Shown in pieces: positions 1 through 7,906 of a stretch of 32,000 bases of DNA; position 1 is the stretch's first letter; each line of letters begins with the position of its first letter. A program made the position numbers and the translations under genes. Source of the DNA: Candidatus Heimdallarchaeota archaeon B3_Heim (GTDB taxonomy: Archaea; Asgardarchaeota; Heimdallarchaeia; Hodarchaeales; Hodarchaeaceae); the NCBI GenBank assembly GCA_003144275.1, contig NJBF01000019.1:1-32000 (forward strand), in the 5' to 3' direction. Below the pieces are notes generated by a model that had not been told where the DNA came from, made no database searches, and saw only the letters and a program-made list of their open reading frames with translations.

Positions 1-49
1 CCAACAATGCCAATCAGGAGGGGACTCATTGTCTTCTGTCAAATCTTTC

Positions 50-433
50 TTATAAAAAATACATTATAATATAAATTAGAGCTCCCCCGAGTGTAACCAA
101 TCCACCTAGGGTTCCCCCAAGGATAGCTAAAAGAAAAGCAATAATTATCCAATTCATAGTTTCTTTTGCATGAATATCATGCCTTATAGTAATGATAATT
201 AACAAAACTCCTACAATTATTGATATAATGCTCCACAAAAATTGAATATTCACATCTAGAGTTATATAAGATGCTAAAAAGAATGGATTGTGAATACTTT
301 GATCAATAAATGAAGTAACACCATATAGTAACATTAGTAATCCACCTAAAGCTACTAGAATTACCCCTAGTACTGTACAATAACGATGCCATTTTGATTT
401 GTATCTACGCTTTGTCATTTTGGCTTTCCTCAT
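50..433 (-). CDS. Small hypothetical membrane protein (basic N-terminus, 3-4 TM helices)
   Basis: 127-aa ORF. Basic N-terminus (KRRYKSKWHR) is followed by hydrophobic stretches such as VLGVILVALGGLLMLLYGV, FLWSIISIIVGVLLIIITI and WIIIAFLLAILGGTLGGLVTLGGALIYIIMYFL. An alternative ATG lies at 418. Confidence 0.75.
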   Translation of the reverse strand: MRKAKMTKRRYKSKWHRYCTVLGVILVALGGLLMLLYGVTSFIDQSIHNPFFLASYITLDVNIQFLWSIISIIVGVLLIIITIRHDIHAKETMNWIIIAFLLAILGGTLGGLVTLGGALIYIIMYFL

Positions 434-599
434 AAAAATGATTGAACTTGATTATTCTAGTCAGTGTTTCGATTGTTACGATTCTTTTTTCAGAAGTTTC
501 TTGGGTTTTCTTTAGATAAATACCCCTAATTTAAGATTTTAGTATTTATCTATTCTCCAATAATTTCAAATAGAACAGCTTGAATATCGAAGAATTAGT

Positions 600-1055
600 A
601 TGGCCCCAACTCAACGATCATCTTGGAAACTTTACTTTATGAAAATAGCTTCACAAGTCGGTACACGCTCAACGTGTGATCGTAATCATATTGGAGCTGT
701 GATTGTCCGCGATAAAACAATTTTATCAACTGGTTATAATGGATCAATTCGTGGGCTGGCCCATTGTGATGAAGAAGGGCATTTGATGGAGAATGGAGAT
801 CATTGTGTAAGAACAGTTCATGCAGAAGCTAATGCTATAGCGCAAGCTGCAAAAAATGGTGTAAATGTGAATGGAGCGGAGATTTTCATCACAGCTTCAC
901 CGTGTTGGACATGTTTTAAGCTACTCGCGAATTCTGGAATAATTAAAATTACTTATGGGGAATTCTACAAGGATGATAAGATATTTGATGCTGCTGCTAA
1001 GGCTGGTATTAAGCTTGAACATCTTTCTTTGGATTTAATTACTAGTAGTGTCTAG
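600..1055 (+). CDS. dCMP deaminase / cytidine-deoxycytidylate deaminase family (ComEB-like)
   Basis: Zn-binding motifs HAEANAI and SPCWTC, N-terminal RSTCDR, and GYNG, all typical of dCMP deaminases. Confidence 0.92.
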   Translation: MAPTQRSSWKLYFMKIASQVGTRSTCDRNHIGAVIVRDKTILSTGYNGSIRGLAHCDEEGHLMENGDHCVRTVHAEANAIAQAAKNGVNVNGAEIFITASPCWTCFKLLANSGIIKITYGEFYKDDKIFDAAAKAGIKLEHLSLDLITSSV

Positions 1056-1080
1056 TATTTTGAAAATGGAAGAAATAGAA

Positions 1081-1111
1081 GAAGCTGATTTTCCCAGCTT
1101 CAGAAAAAAAA
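1081..1111 (-). terminator. Possible terminator: oligo-T tract plus 7-bp hairpin between convergent genes
   Basis: GAAGCTG(1081-1087)/CAGCTTC(1095-1101) stem. A8 at 1104-1111 reads as T8 on the minus strand, about 50 nt downstream of the stop at 1161. Confidence 0.35.
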
Positions 1112-1160
1112 GAGAAGAAGGAGATTTCTCAAGTCCCTCTCATTCGTAATAAAGGACCAT

Positions 1161-1547
1161 TCATATTTTGAATCTGTGAAAATATTGAGCTCGCGCTCTT
1201 TTCTTGACTCTTGTGCTGCTATTACGATTTTTTTTCATAACAGCTCGTTTTCTAATGTTTTTTGGTTTTGTAGATGAACTTAAATCTTTTTTAGTGTGAG
1301 TGTTCCGATTTTGAACTTTATTTCTAATCGGTATTTTTCGAGTATCTTTCTTCTTCTCAATGTGACGAGGCTTTGAAGGAGATTTAGAGACTTTGGCTCC
1401 TTTCGTTGTACTTGGTGTAGTTTTTTGTTTCTTACGTTGCAGGAGCTGTTTTGTTTTTTCTTTTTCTTCTTCAAAGTATTGTGTTGCGATATCTATTTCA
1501 GTGCGATTACGTCTGTTTTTTCTTGTATGTGCAGTCAATGGAATCAC
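1161..1547 (-). CDS. Highly basic, low-complexity Lys/Arg-rich hypothetical protein
   Basis: 128-aa ORF with 26 K + 16 R versus 9 D/E (hand count). The archaeal SD AGGTGA (1549-1544) sits 5 nt before an in-frame TTG at 1538, the probable true start. Confidence 0.6.
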   Translation of the reverse strand: MIPLTAHTRKNRRNRTEIDIATQYFEEEKEKTKQLLQRKKQKTTPSTTKGAKVSKSPSKPRHIEKKKDTRKIPIRNKVQNRNTHTKKDLSSSTKPKNIRKRAVMKKNRNSSTRVKKRARAQYFHRFKI

Positions 1548-1984
1548 CTGTCTTCATATTCGAGTGTCATCATTTGATTACTCGAATTGGCTGTCGTTGA
1601 ATGTCTCCTTCTGGCTTAGGACGAGTCTTAAGCCTTGACTGGAAATTCTAACTGGGCTTTATTATTGAAGTTTAACCTCAATGAGCGAATCGCATTATTT
1701 TACTCTTTACCCTATTGAAATAACTTCAACAATATGATTATAATCTATTGTGACGGGTAGAACATTCTTAGTAGCATTTTTTAAGTCTAGCCGTCTGATA
1801 TTGTGCACAAGACAACTTTAATGAAGAATATTACCTATCACTTAAGATGTCTCTAAGTAGTATCATATCCCAGATTTTTTAAGCTTATCGATTCAAATCT
1901 GCAGATAACATTATCTCTTGGTGAAAAAAGCAAGGATACCAAGCAGAATATCTTTGATCTTTTAACAATAAAGGAAGCGAATGT

Positions 1985-2713
1985 ATGCCCCAATTTAAGG
2001 TTATTTTTTTTAATATAGGTGGAACCCTCCTCCAGTTAAAGAATACAACTATTCCTCAACTCTATTCAAAGCATTTATCTAGTCTTTTAGAACGAAAGAT
2101 CGATCCAAAACAAGTTTTTTCAGCTTTCCGGAAAGCAGAAAATTGGGCTTTGTCGAGAAGAAACTTTTATTATTTGTTCTCCGATTTAGATCAGAGAAAG
2201 TACCAAAACGCGTTTTATAATGAATTAGGAGTTAAGGGTCGGTCACAAATCAACAAGATTGAGATGGCTCTAGCTGAACTTGTTAATTTGGATTTCCGGC
2301 TAGAAGATGGGGTTAAGATTCTCCTTCGCAAACTGAAAAAAGATTACTCACTAGGCTTGATTACAAATTGGGATATTGATCTTTATGAAATTCTTGATTC
2401 ATTTGAAATTCGTAAGTTTTTTGATTCAATCACAATTTCTGGAGAGTTTGGAATCAGTAAACCAAGTTTAGAGATTTTTAAATCGGGTTTAGCAGATTTC
2501 CCAGAGATAAAAGCTAAGAATACGGTTTATGTTGGAGACGACTATGATCTGGATATTGAGCCAGCTCAAAAACTGAGGATGTTCACAATTTTATATGATA
2601 AAGGGCCATCAGGCATGCATGGATGGCCAAAAAGACCAAAAGTAAAATGTCCTCGTGTTGAACGTCTTCAAGAGATTCCAATGGTATTAAAGAAGTTTGA
2701 AAAGCTAAAATAG
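1985..2713 (+). CDS. HAD-superfamily hydrolase (HDHD3/REG-2-like), motif I nucleophile Asp replaced by Asn
   Basis: Motif I reads FFNIGGTL (D to N). Motif II ITNWD, motif III SKP and motif IV VGDDYDLDI are intact. Confidence 0.85.
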   Translation: MPQFKVIFFNIGGTLLQLKNTTIPQLYSKHLSSLLERKIDPKQVFSAFRKAENWALSRRNFYYLFSDLDQRKYQNAFYNELGVKGRSQINKIEMALAELVNLDFRLEDGVKILLRKLKKDYSLGLITNWDIDLYEILDSFEIRKFFDSITISGEFGISKPSLEIFKSGLADFPEIKAKNTVYVGDDYDLDIEPAQKLRMFTILYDKGPSGMHGWPKRPKVKCPRVERLQEIPMVLKKFEKLK

Positions 2714-2742
2714 ATTATTATCGTTAATATTCCAATTGCTTG

Positions 2743-4263
2743 CTATCTCTCATACAGAGTAGTCAATTTAAAAATTTCTTTTCCCCTTCTTTCCATTTCT
2801 TGATTCCATGAATAGCGCCATTCCCAATTATTCCCTGTCGTTCCAGGGGTATTCATTCTTGCTTCAATACCTAAGCGAAGAAGGTCTTGAAGTGGGATGA
2901 CAGCCATATTTGCTGCTGATCCCCAAGCAAGCTTGATAAGATCTCCCACGATATCTTTCTCAGAAGATTCCGTATACTCGAGTACCTGTTTACGGAGTTC
3001 AGCCGAAAGATTATTAAACCAAGCAAGCGTGGTTTGATTGTCATGAGTTCCTGTATAAACAATTGAGTTTTGTACCACATTATGAGGTAGGTATTTATTT
3101 TCTGTATATTTGTCGTTATCATCGCCAAAAGCGAATTGTACAACATTCATACCAGGAAAACCAGTTTCTTTTAGTAATTTTTCAACCTCTGGTGTAATGA
3201 CTCCCAAATCTTCAGCGATAATAGGAAGTTTTCCCAACTCCTTGTTTAATTCCTTAAAAAATTCAATTCCAGGTCCTTTAATCCACTTCCCCTCCACAGC
3301 TGTTTCTTCTTCAGCAGAAATCTGCCAAAAGGATTCAAAACCTCTGAAATGATCAATTCGAAGGATGTCTACTTGTTCCAAATTGTGTTCGATTCTTTTT
3401 ACCCACCACTCATAGCCATTCTTCTTCATTTCGTCCCATCGATATAATGGGTTCCCCCATCTTTGCCCTGTTTCGGAGAAGTAGTCAGGTGGAACTCCAG
3501 CAACAAATAGTAATTCCCCCTCATCATCCAGAAAATATAAATCAGGATTAGACCAGACATCTGCGGAATCATAAGCAACGAAAATAGGGATGTCCCCTAC
3601 AATTTTTACGTTTCTTTGTTTCGCATAATTTTTCGCCATCTCCCATTGTTTAAAGAATAGAAATTGGGAAAATTTAAACAGCTCAATATCATATGTGTTG
3701 TTTTCGATCCATTTCGCGATTGTATATGGTTCTCGTTTTTTAAAAGAAGTTTCCCATTCAATCCATGATTTCATATTGTTAGCTTTTTTTAATGACATGA
3801 ACAATGCAAATTCGTTTAGCCAATAACCGTGTGCATCAATAAAATTATTTAATTCAGCTTCTAAGGTAGGATCAGCCTTCTGAGTGTAATTTCTATAAGC
3901 AATTTCGATTATTTTTTGTTTATAAGCAATAACAGATTCATATTCAATTCGTGACTTGTTACTAAATTTAGGAGGAGTAGAATCATGTTTTGTTAATAAA
4001 TCCATTTGTATTAGTATTTGAGGACTTATCAGCAATGGATTGCCTGCAAAAGCAGAGAAGCATTGATAAGGAGAATTCCCATACCCTGTCGGTCCTAGAG
4101 GCAGAATTTGCCAAAGGGTTTGTCCATTTTTATGTAAGTAATCTATAAATCGGTATAATTCTGGACCAATATCTCCGATTCCATGGTTGCCTGGTAAGCT
4201 TGTCGGATGCAGAAGGATCCCACTTCGACGTTGTTGAATATCTTCGTTTTTCAATACTTCCAA
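2743..4263 (-). CDS. malQ: 4-alpha-glucanotransferase (amylomaltase, GH77)
   Basis: N-terminal SGILLHPTSLPG, SPYQCFSAFAGNPLLI, GVPPDYFSETGQRWGNP; catalytic RIDHFRGF, AEDLG and THDN; C-terminal RMNTPGT..NWEWR. TTG start. Confidence 0.97.
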   Translation of the reverse strand: MEVLKNEDIQQRRSGILLHPTSLPGNHGIGDIGPELYRFIDYLHKNGQTLWQILPLGPTGYGNSPYQCFSAFAGNPLLISPQILIQMDLLTKHDSTPPKFSNKSRIEYESVIAYKQKIIEIAYRNYTQKADPTLEAELNNFIDAHGYWLNEFALFMSLKKANNMKSWIEWETSFKKREPYTIAKWIENNTYDIELFKFSQFLFFKQWEMAKNYAKQRNVKIVGDIPIFVAYDSADVWSNPDLYFLDDEGELLFVAGVPPDYFSETGQRWGNPLYRWDEMKKNGYEWWVKRIEHNLEQVDILRIDHFRGFESFWQISAEEETAVEGKWIKGPGIEFFKELNKELGKLPIIAEDLGVITPEVEKLLKETGFPGMNVVQFAFGDDNDKYTENKYLPHNVVQNSIVYTGTHDNQTTLAWFNNLSAELRKQVLEYTESSEKDIVGDLIKLAWGSAANMAVIPLQDLLRLGIEARMNTPGTTGNNWEWRYSWNQEMERRGKEIFKLTTLYER

Positions 4264-4369
4264 ACCCGATTTTCATTATGGAATAGAGTATCTTTTAGAG
4301 AACCAATTTTTTTTGACATAGTTCTCTTATTTTCAACCCCGCAAATTTGTTATAACCAGTATATATGCC

Positions 4370-4406
4370 ATTTGTTCTATTGATACAAATATTTTATAGA
4401 ACAAAT
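4370..4406. promoter_or_regulatory. 11-bp perfect inverted repeat overlapping a TATA-like box in the malQ/WD40 divergent region
   Basis: ATTTGTTCTAT (4370-4380) and ATAGAACAAAT (4396-4406) with a 15-nt spacer. TTTTATA at 4392-4398. Confidence 0.5.
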
Positions 4407-4435
4407 ATCCAAAAGAAAAAAAAGATTACAGTCGT

Positions 4436-4442
4436 GAGGTGA
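4436..4442 (+). promoter_or_regulatory. Archaeal Shine-Dalgarno site
   Basis: GAGGTGA 5 nt upstream of ATG 4448 of the WD40 gene. Confidence 0.7.
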
Positions 4443-4447
4443 ATATC

Positions 4448-6547
4448 ATGAAGCCTAGACCTAAATTGTTATTCTCTGGTGTTGCTGGCCACAAATTTAG
4501 TGTGATGAGACTAGCTGCCTTTCATCACTCAAATCGATTTGCGTCGTGTTCATTTGATGGGACAGTGAGGATCTGGGATGAGATGAAACAGCAAAAGGTG
4601 TTATTCTTTTTCCCAGAAGCTATCGAAGGTTTAGAAGTGACACCTGATGACAAAAAACTCATCGTAGTTCTTGCTGATTCTTCAAAAGCATATTTACATG
4701 ATTTAAGAAAGAACTCAAAACGAGAAATAGGACAAGGTAAAGTCTTCCGAAGTCTTCTTGGAACTAGCCCAGATAGTTCAAAGACAGCTATAGTTACATT
4801 TGATGATGAGTTATATATCTACAATCATGACACTGATAGTATAGGTACTCGTGTTGTTGTGGATAATGTCTCTGGTGATTCATTAATATGGCTTGATAAC
4901 CATACTGTAGGTATTCCAAAGCGGAATGGGAGCGTTGCAGTAATAGATTGTGATGAACGAGAAATTATTCAGGAATACCAAATACACGATGGATTGATCA
5001 CTTCAATTAATAGAGATGGACAGGACATCATAACAGTATCCGAAGATGGAACAGGTAAAGTCCATGATCTTAATTTCAAGCCGAAATTTGGTTTCAAGCT
5101 TAAATTCACCCCTCAAAGTGTCATTTTTAGTTCCCAACACAAAATTATTATTGTCTCTGGTGACAAATACTTACTGTTCGTTGATATGCCGACAGGTCAG
5201 CTTGAATTAACTCCGCAAGAACTCTCGGGATGCAATCCAATAATTACTTTGCAAGGCAACATTCTCAGAGGATCAGGAGTAAATAGTATTTCTCAATTTT
5301 CTAAATCAGGACAGATTCTAGATACAGCAAAAGGCCGTTCGAAGACAGTAGAATCAGTAATGTTTTTTGATAATCATTCTCTAGTCTATGGATCAGGAGA
5401 TAATGCTGTTCATATATTGGATTTTAATTCAGGCAATGATGAAAGTCTCACTTCACATTCGGAAACAGTGTCTTCAGTGGCCTATATTTCAGGCACACAA
5501 ACAATCATTGCGGGGTCTTTCGATGATAGTATTTCTCTCTTCCAATTACCACAAAGAACGGAATTGAAACGAATCAAGGAAGTTCCTCTCGTAACAACAT
5601 TAGCATTATCTCCTTCAGAAACCTTCTTTGCTGCAGGTTGTAGTGGAGATAATAGTATTCATATTTTCAATACAGAGGGTAAAAAAATAACTAGCTGGAA
5701 GGCTCATGACGATTACATTAGTACGGTGTTCTTTCTAAATGATGAAGTGATCGTATCTGGATCTGATGATCAACTCGTACGTTTTTGGAATCCTTCAGGT
5801 AAGTTAATTAGCTCTTTAAAAGTTTCTGCACCAGTTAAATCCATATATACGACTCTTGAATTTGATTATAATATCATAGGTCTTGATAATGGGGAGATAT
5901 TATTGCTAGAAAAGACAACAAATCGTAAGATTGGATCTTACACCTCCTCTGCGTCGATCCAATGCATTAAAGTTGTAGATAACTCGCAATTGTTTTTTGC
6001 AGCAAAAAATGTTCTTTTCCAAATGGAGTTAGATGGTCCAAACATAATCACCGTAAAAGAAGTTTGTCGTCATACTGAACCCATTAAAGGATTATTATGG
6101 AAGGAAGGCGAAGGAACCATAATTTCCATCGATCATAGTATTGAAATTATCAGTACAGATTTTGTAAGTGACGAAAGGGAGTCAAAATCTTCCACAATCG
6201 TCTTTACACCAGGTGAAATGGTGGAGGAAGAATCACTTGAACTCCCCTCTGGTGAAGTAACTAAATCGTCCATTTCTCTTAATGGCGAAGAATTAGTGAA
6301 AATTATTGAATATTTAAAGACTATCTCAACTCAATTTAACGAATTGATTTTGCCAAAGCTAAAAGAAATAGGAGTGGAATCGAAATCTTTCCAAGAGGCA
6401 CTACAGATACTTGAGCAAAATATAAGCTTTAAATTAGCTCAAGTCGACTCTGAAAAACTAAGAAATTCTGTCCTCATTGATCAGAAAGATGATAATGAAT
6501 CTGATTCAAGTTGGAAAAGTTTTGATTGGGGAAAAAGAAGACATTAA
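4448..6547 (+). CDS. WD40-repeat beta-propeller protein (probably two propellers) with acidic linker and short helical C-terminal domain
   Basis: WD-type blade ends SCSFDGTVRIWD, TVSEDGTGKVHD, YGSGDNAVHILD, AGSFDDSISLFQ, AGCSGDNSIHIFN and SGSDDQLVRFWN. The ORF opens at GTG 4439, but the SD favours ATG 4448. Confidence 0.88.
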   Translation: MKPRPKLLFSGVAGHKFSVMRLAAFHHSNRFASCSFDGTVRIWDEMKQQKVLFFFPEAIEGLEVTPDDKKLIVVLADSSKAYLHDLRKNSKREIGQGKVFRSLLGTSPDSSKTAIVTFDDELYIYNHDTDSIGTRVVVDNVSGDSLIWLDNHTVGIPKRNGSVAVIDCDEREIIQEYQIHDGLITSINRDGQDIITVSEDGTGKVHDLNFKPKFGFKLKFTPQSVIFSSQHKIIIVSGDKYLLFVDMPTGQLELTPQELSGCNPIITLQGNILRGSGVNSISQFSKSGQILDTAKGRSKTVESVMFFDNHSLVYGSGDNAVHILDFNSGNDESLTSHSETVSSVAYISGTQTIIAGSFDDSISLFQLPQRTELKRIKEVPLVTTLALSPSETFFAAGCSGDNSIHIFNTEGKKITSWKAHDDYISTVFFLNDEVIVSGSDDQLVRFWNPSGKLISSLKVSAPVKSIYTTLEFDYNIIGLDNGEILLLEKTTNRKIGSYTSSASIQCIKVVDNSQLFFAAKNVLFQMELDGPNIITVKEVCRHTEPIKGLLWKEGEGTIISIDHSIEIISTDFVSDERESKSSTIVFTPGEMVEEESLELPSGEVTKSSISLNGEELVKIIEYLKTISTQFNELILPKLKEIGVESKSFQEALQILEQNISFKLAQVDSEKLRNSVLIDQKDDNESDSSWKSFDWGKRRH

Positions 6548-6615
6548 TAATCATGAATTCTGAAGAAGGTTAATTGGAAAATACAATCGTAAATTAATCG
6601 GAGAGCACTGTAAGA

Positions 6616-7827
6616 ATGTTTAATAAAGGAGATCTTGATCCAATGACTGACGAAATTAGTACACAAAAAGGTGAACTAACTAGACGAAATAAAATACGAA
6701 AACATATGATAACAACTTTGAAAGAGATGTTTAACGGGTTAAGACATCCAGAGTTCAAATTTGCACCTTCTGGGATAATAATATCAGTAGTGTTATCGAT
6801 TATTTCGCTGTTTTTCTTTCTTGGACCTTATCTTTTTACTACAGGAACGAATCGTGGTATTGAGCTTTTTTCGTTTACTATCTACCCGAATGTAATTGGA
6901 ATTCTGATTAGTTTTGGAATTGCCTTTTTAGAAATTTATCTTTGGTTTCTTGTGGGGATTGAAGTAACTCCTAAGGCAGCCCACTACCTTGTTGATAATA
7001 AAATTCTGAAGTTATTATTCACAAAAGGTCACGTTCATTATTTAGAATATGTGCCTGTAGAAAAACGAAAAATTGCTATGCCCCATATTTTGAACAAATA
7101 TATTGCCTTGATCATCGCCTGGGTCTCCCTCTCTGCATTTTTATTGCAACTGATAGCAGGGATCTTTTTAGGAGGAAATCCATCATCGATAATAAATCCT
7201 GGCAGTAAATGGTTGCTTTTCTTAATTAGAACACTTGTTATTTTTCTCTTGGTTCCTTTAGTGTTCACATTGGTATATCCCGTTGGTTGGATGCTAGTAG
7301 ATGCTAAATTAAAGGCTTACAATTCGTTCACAAGATTGAATTGGCTCGTAGGTAAAAAGGTGGTGAATTTAACTGCTGGAATAATTACTGTAGGTGCAAT
7401 CATTGGATTGGGAGCCACAGCTCTAGACGAATTTCTCCCTAAGATGCAATTAATCTTCGATCTAGTAATCTTCTGCGTTGTGAATGTTTCATTGATTGTG
7501 ACAATTATTGCCATTTTCTATAATATTTTCTTCCAAGGGACTTTTTACAGGCGAATTATTGATTCTATTGACGTCGGATTTGGGGTGACATCTGTTACAC
7601 TAGTCACAGCTAGCGGTGATCCAATTCCTAAAGAGATTCAAGATGAAGACCTAAAATCTGACACCAAATCGGAGATGCGAGAATTTACTCCTCTTTCTGA
7701 AACATCAGAGGAAGGTGAATCAGAACTACTGGAAAACAAATTGGAATTTGAGGAAAGTGAAACTGAAGAGGATAAAGAAACAGAAGGATATAATGAAAAC
7801 AACACGAATGATTTTGAGGAGGATTGA
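6616..7827 (+). CDS. Hypothetical polytopic membrane protein (about 6 TM) with very acidic C-terminal tail
   Basis: About six hydrophobic segments, then about 60 residues rich in E/D ending NNTNDFEED. An alternative ATG at 6643 follows GGAG. Confidence 0.8.
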   Translation: MFNKGDLDPMTDEISTQKGELTRRNKIRKHMITTLKEMFNGLRHPEFKFAPSGIIISVVLSIISLFFFLGPYLFTTGTNRGIELFSFTIYPNVIGILISFGIAFLEIYLWFLVGIEVTPKAAHYLVDNKILKLLFTKGHVHYLEYVPVEKRKIAMPHILNKYIALIIAWVSLSAFLLQLIAGIFLGGNPSSIINPGSKWLLFLIRTLVIFLLVPLVFTLVYPVGWMLVDAKLKAYNSFTRLNWLVGKKVVNLTAGIITVGAIIGLGATALDEFLPKMQLIFDLVIFCVVNVSLIVTIIAIFYNIFFQGTFYRRIIDSIDVGFGVTSVTLVTASGDPIPKEIQDEDLKSDTKSEMREFTPLSETSEEGESELLENKLEFEESETEEDKETEGYNENNTNDFEED

Positions 7828-7906
7828 GTAATTCGTCTCACGTTCCTTTTACGTTATCTATTTAAACCTCAATTTTGTAGAACAGTTAACAAAGGTTGTT
7901 ATTGAT

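Noticed and set aside
600-1055. Deaminase as an anti-phage dCTP deaminase defence gene
   Set aside because: It is a short stand-alone dCMP deaminase with no kinase/P-loop domain and no defence-island context.
1066-1149. 27-codon plus-strand ORF MEEIEEADFPSFRKKREEGDFSSPSHS
   Set aside because: Very short, no clear SD, and overlaps the hairpin/A-tract in a convergent gap. Cannot be supported without conservation or proteomics.
1393-1638. 81-aa plus-strand hydrophobic ORF, and the 64-aa minus-strand ORF at 1280-1474
   Set aside because: Antisense shadow and alternate frame of the A-rich basic-protein gene, with no independent motifs.
4448-6547. Protocoatomer (beta-propeller plus alpha-solenoid) architecture
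   Set aside because: The helical C-terminal part is only about 60 residues, too short for a solenoid. I also saw no kinase, TIR or NACHT domain.
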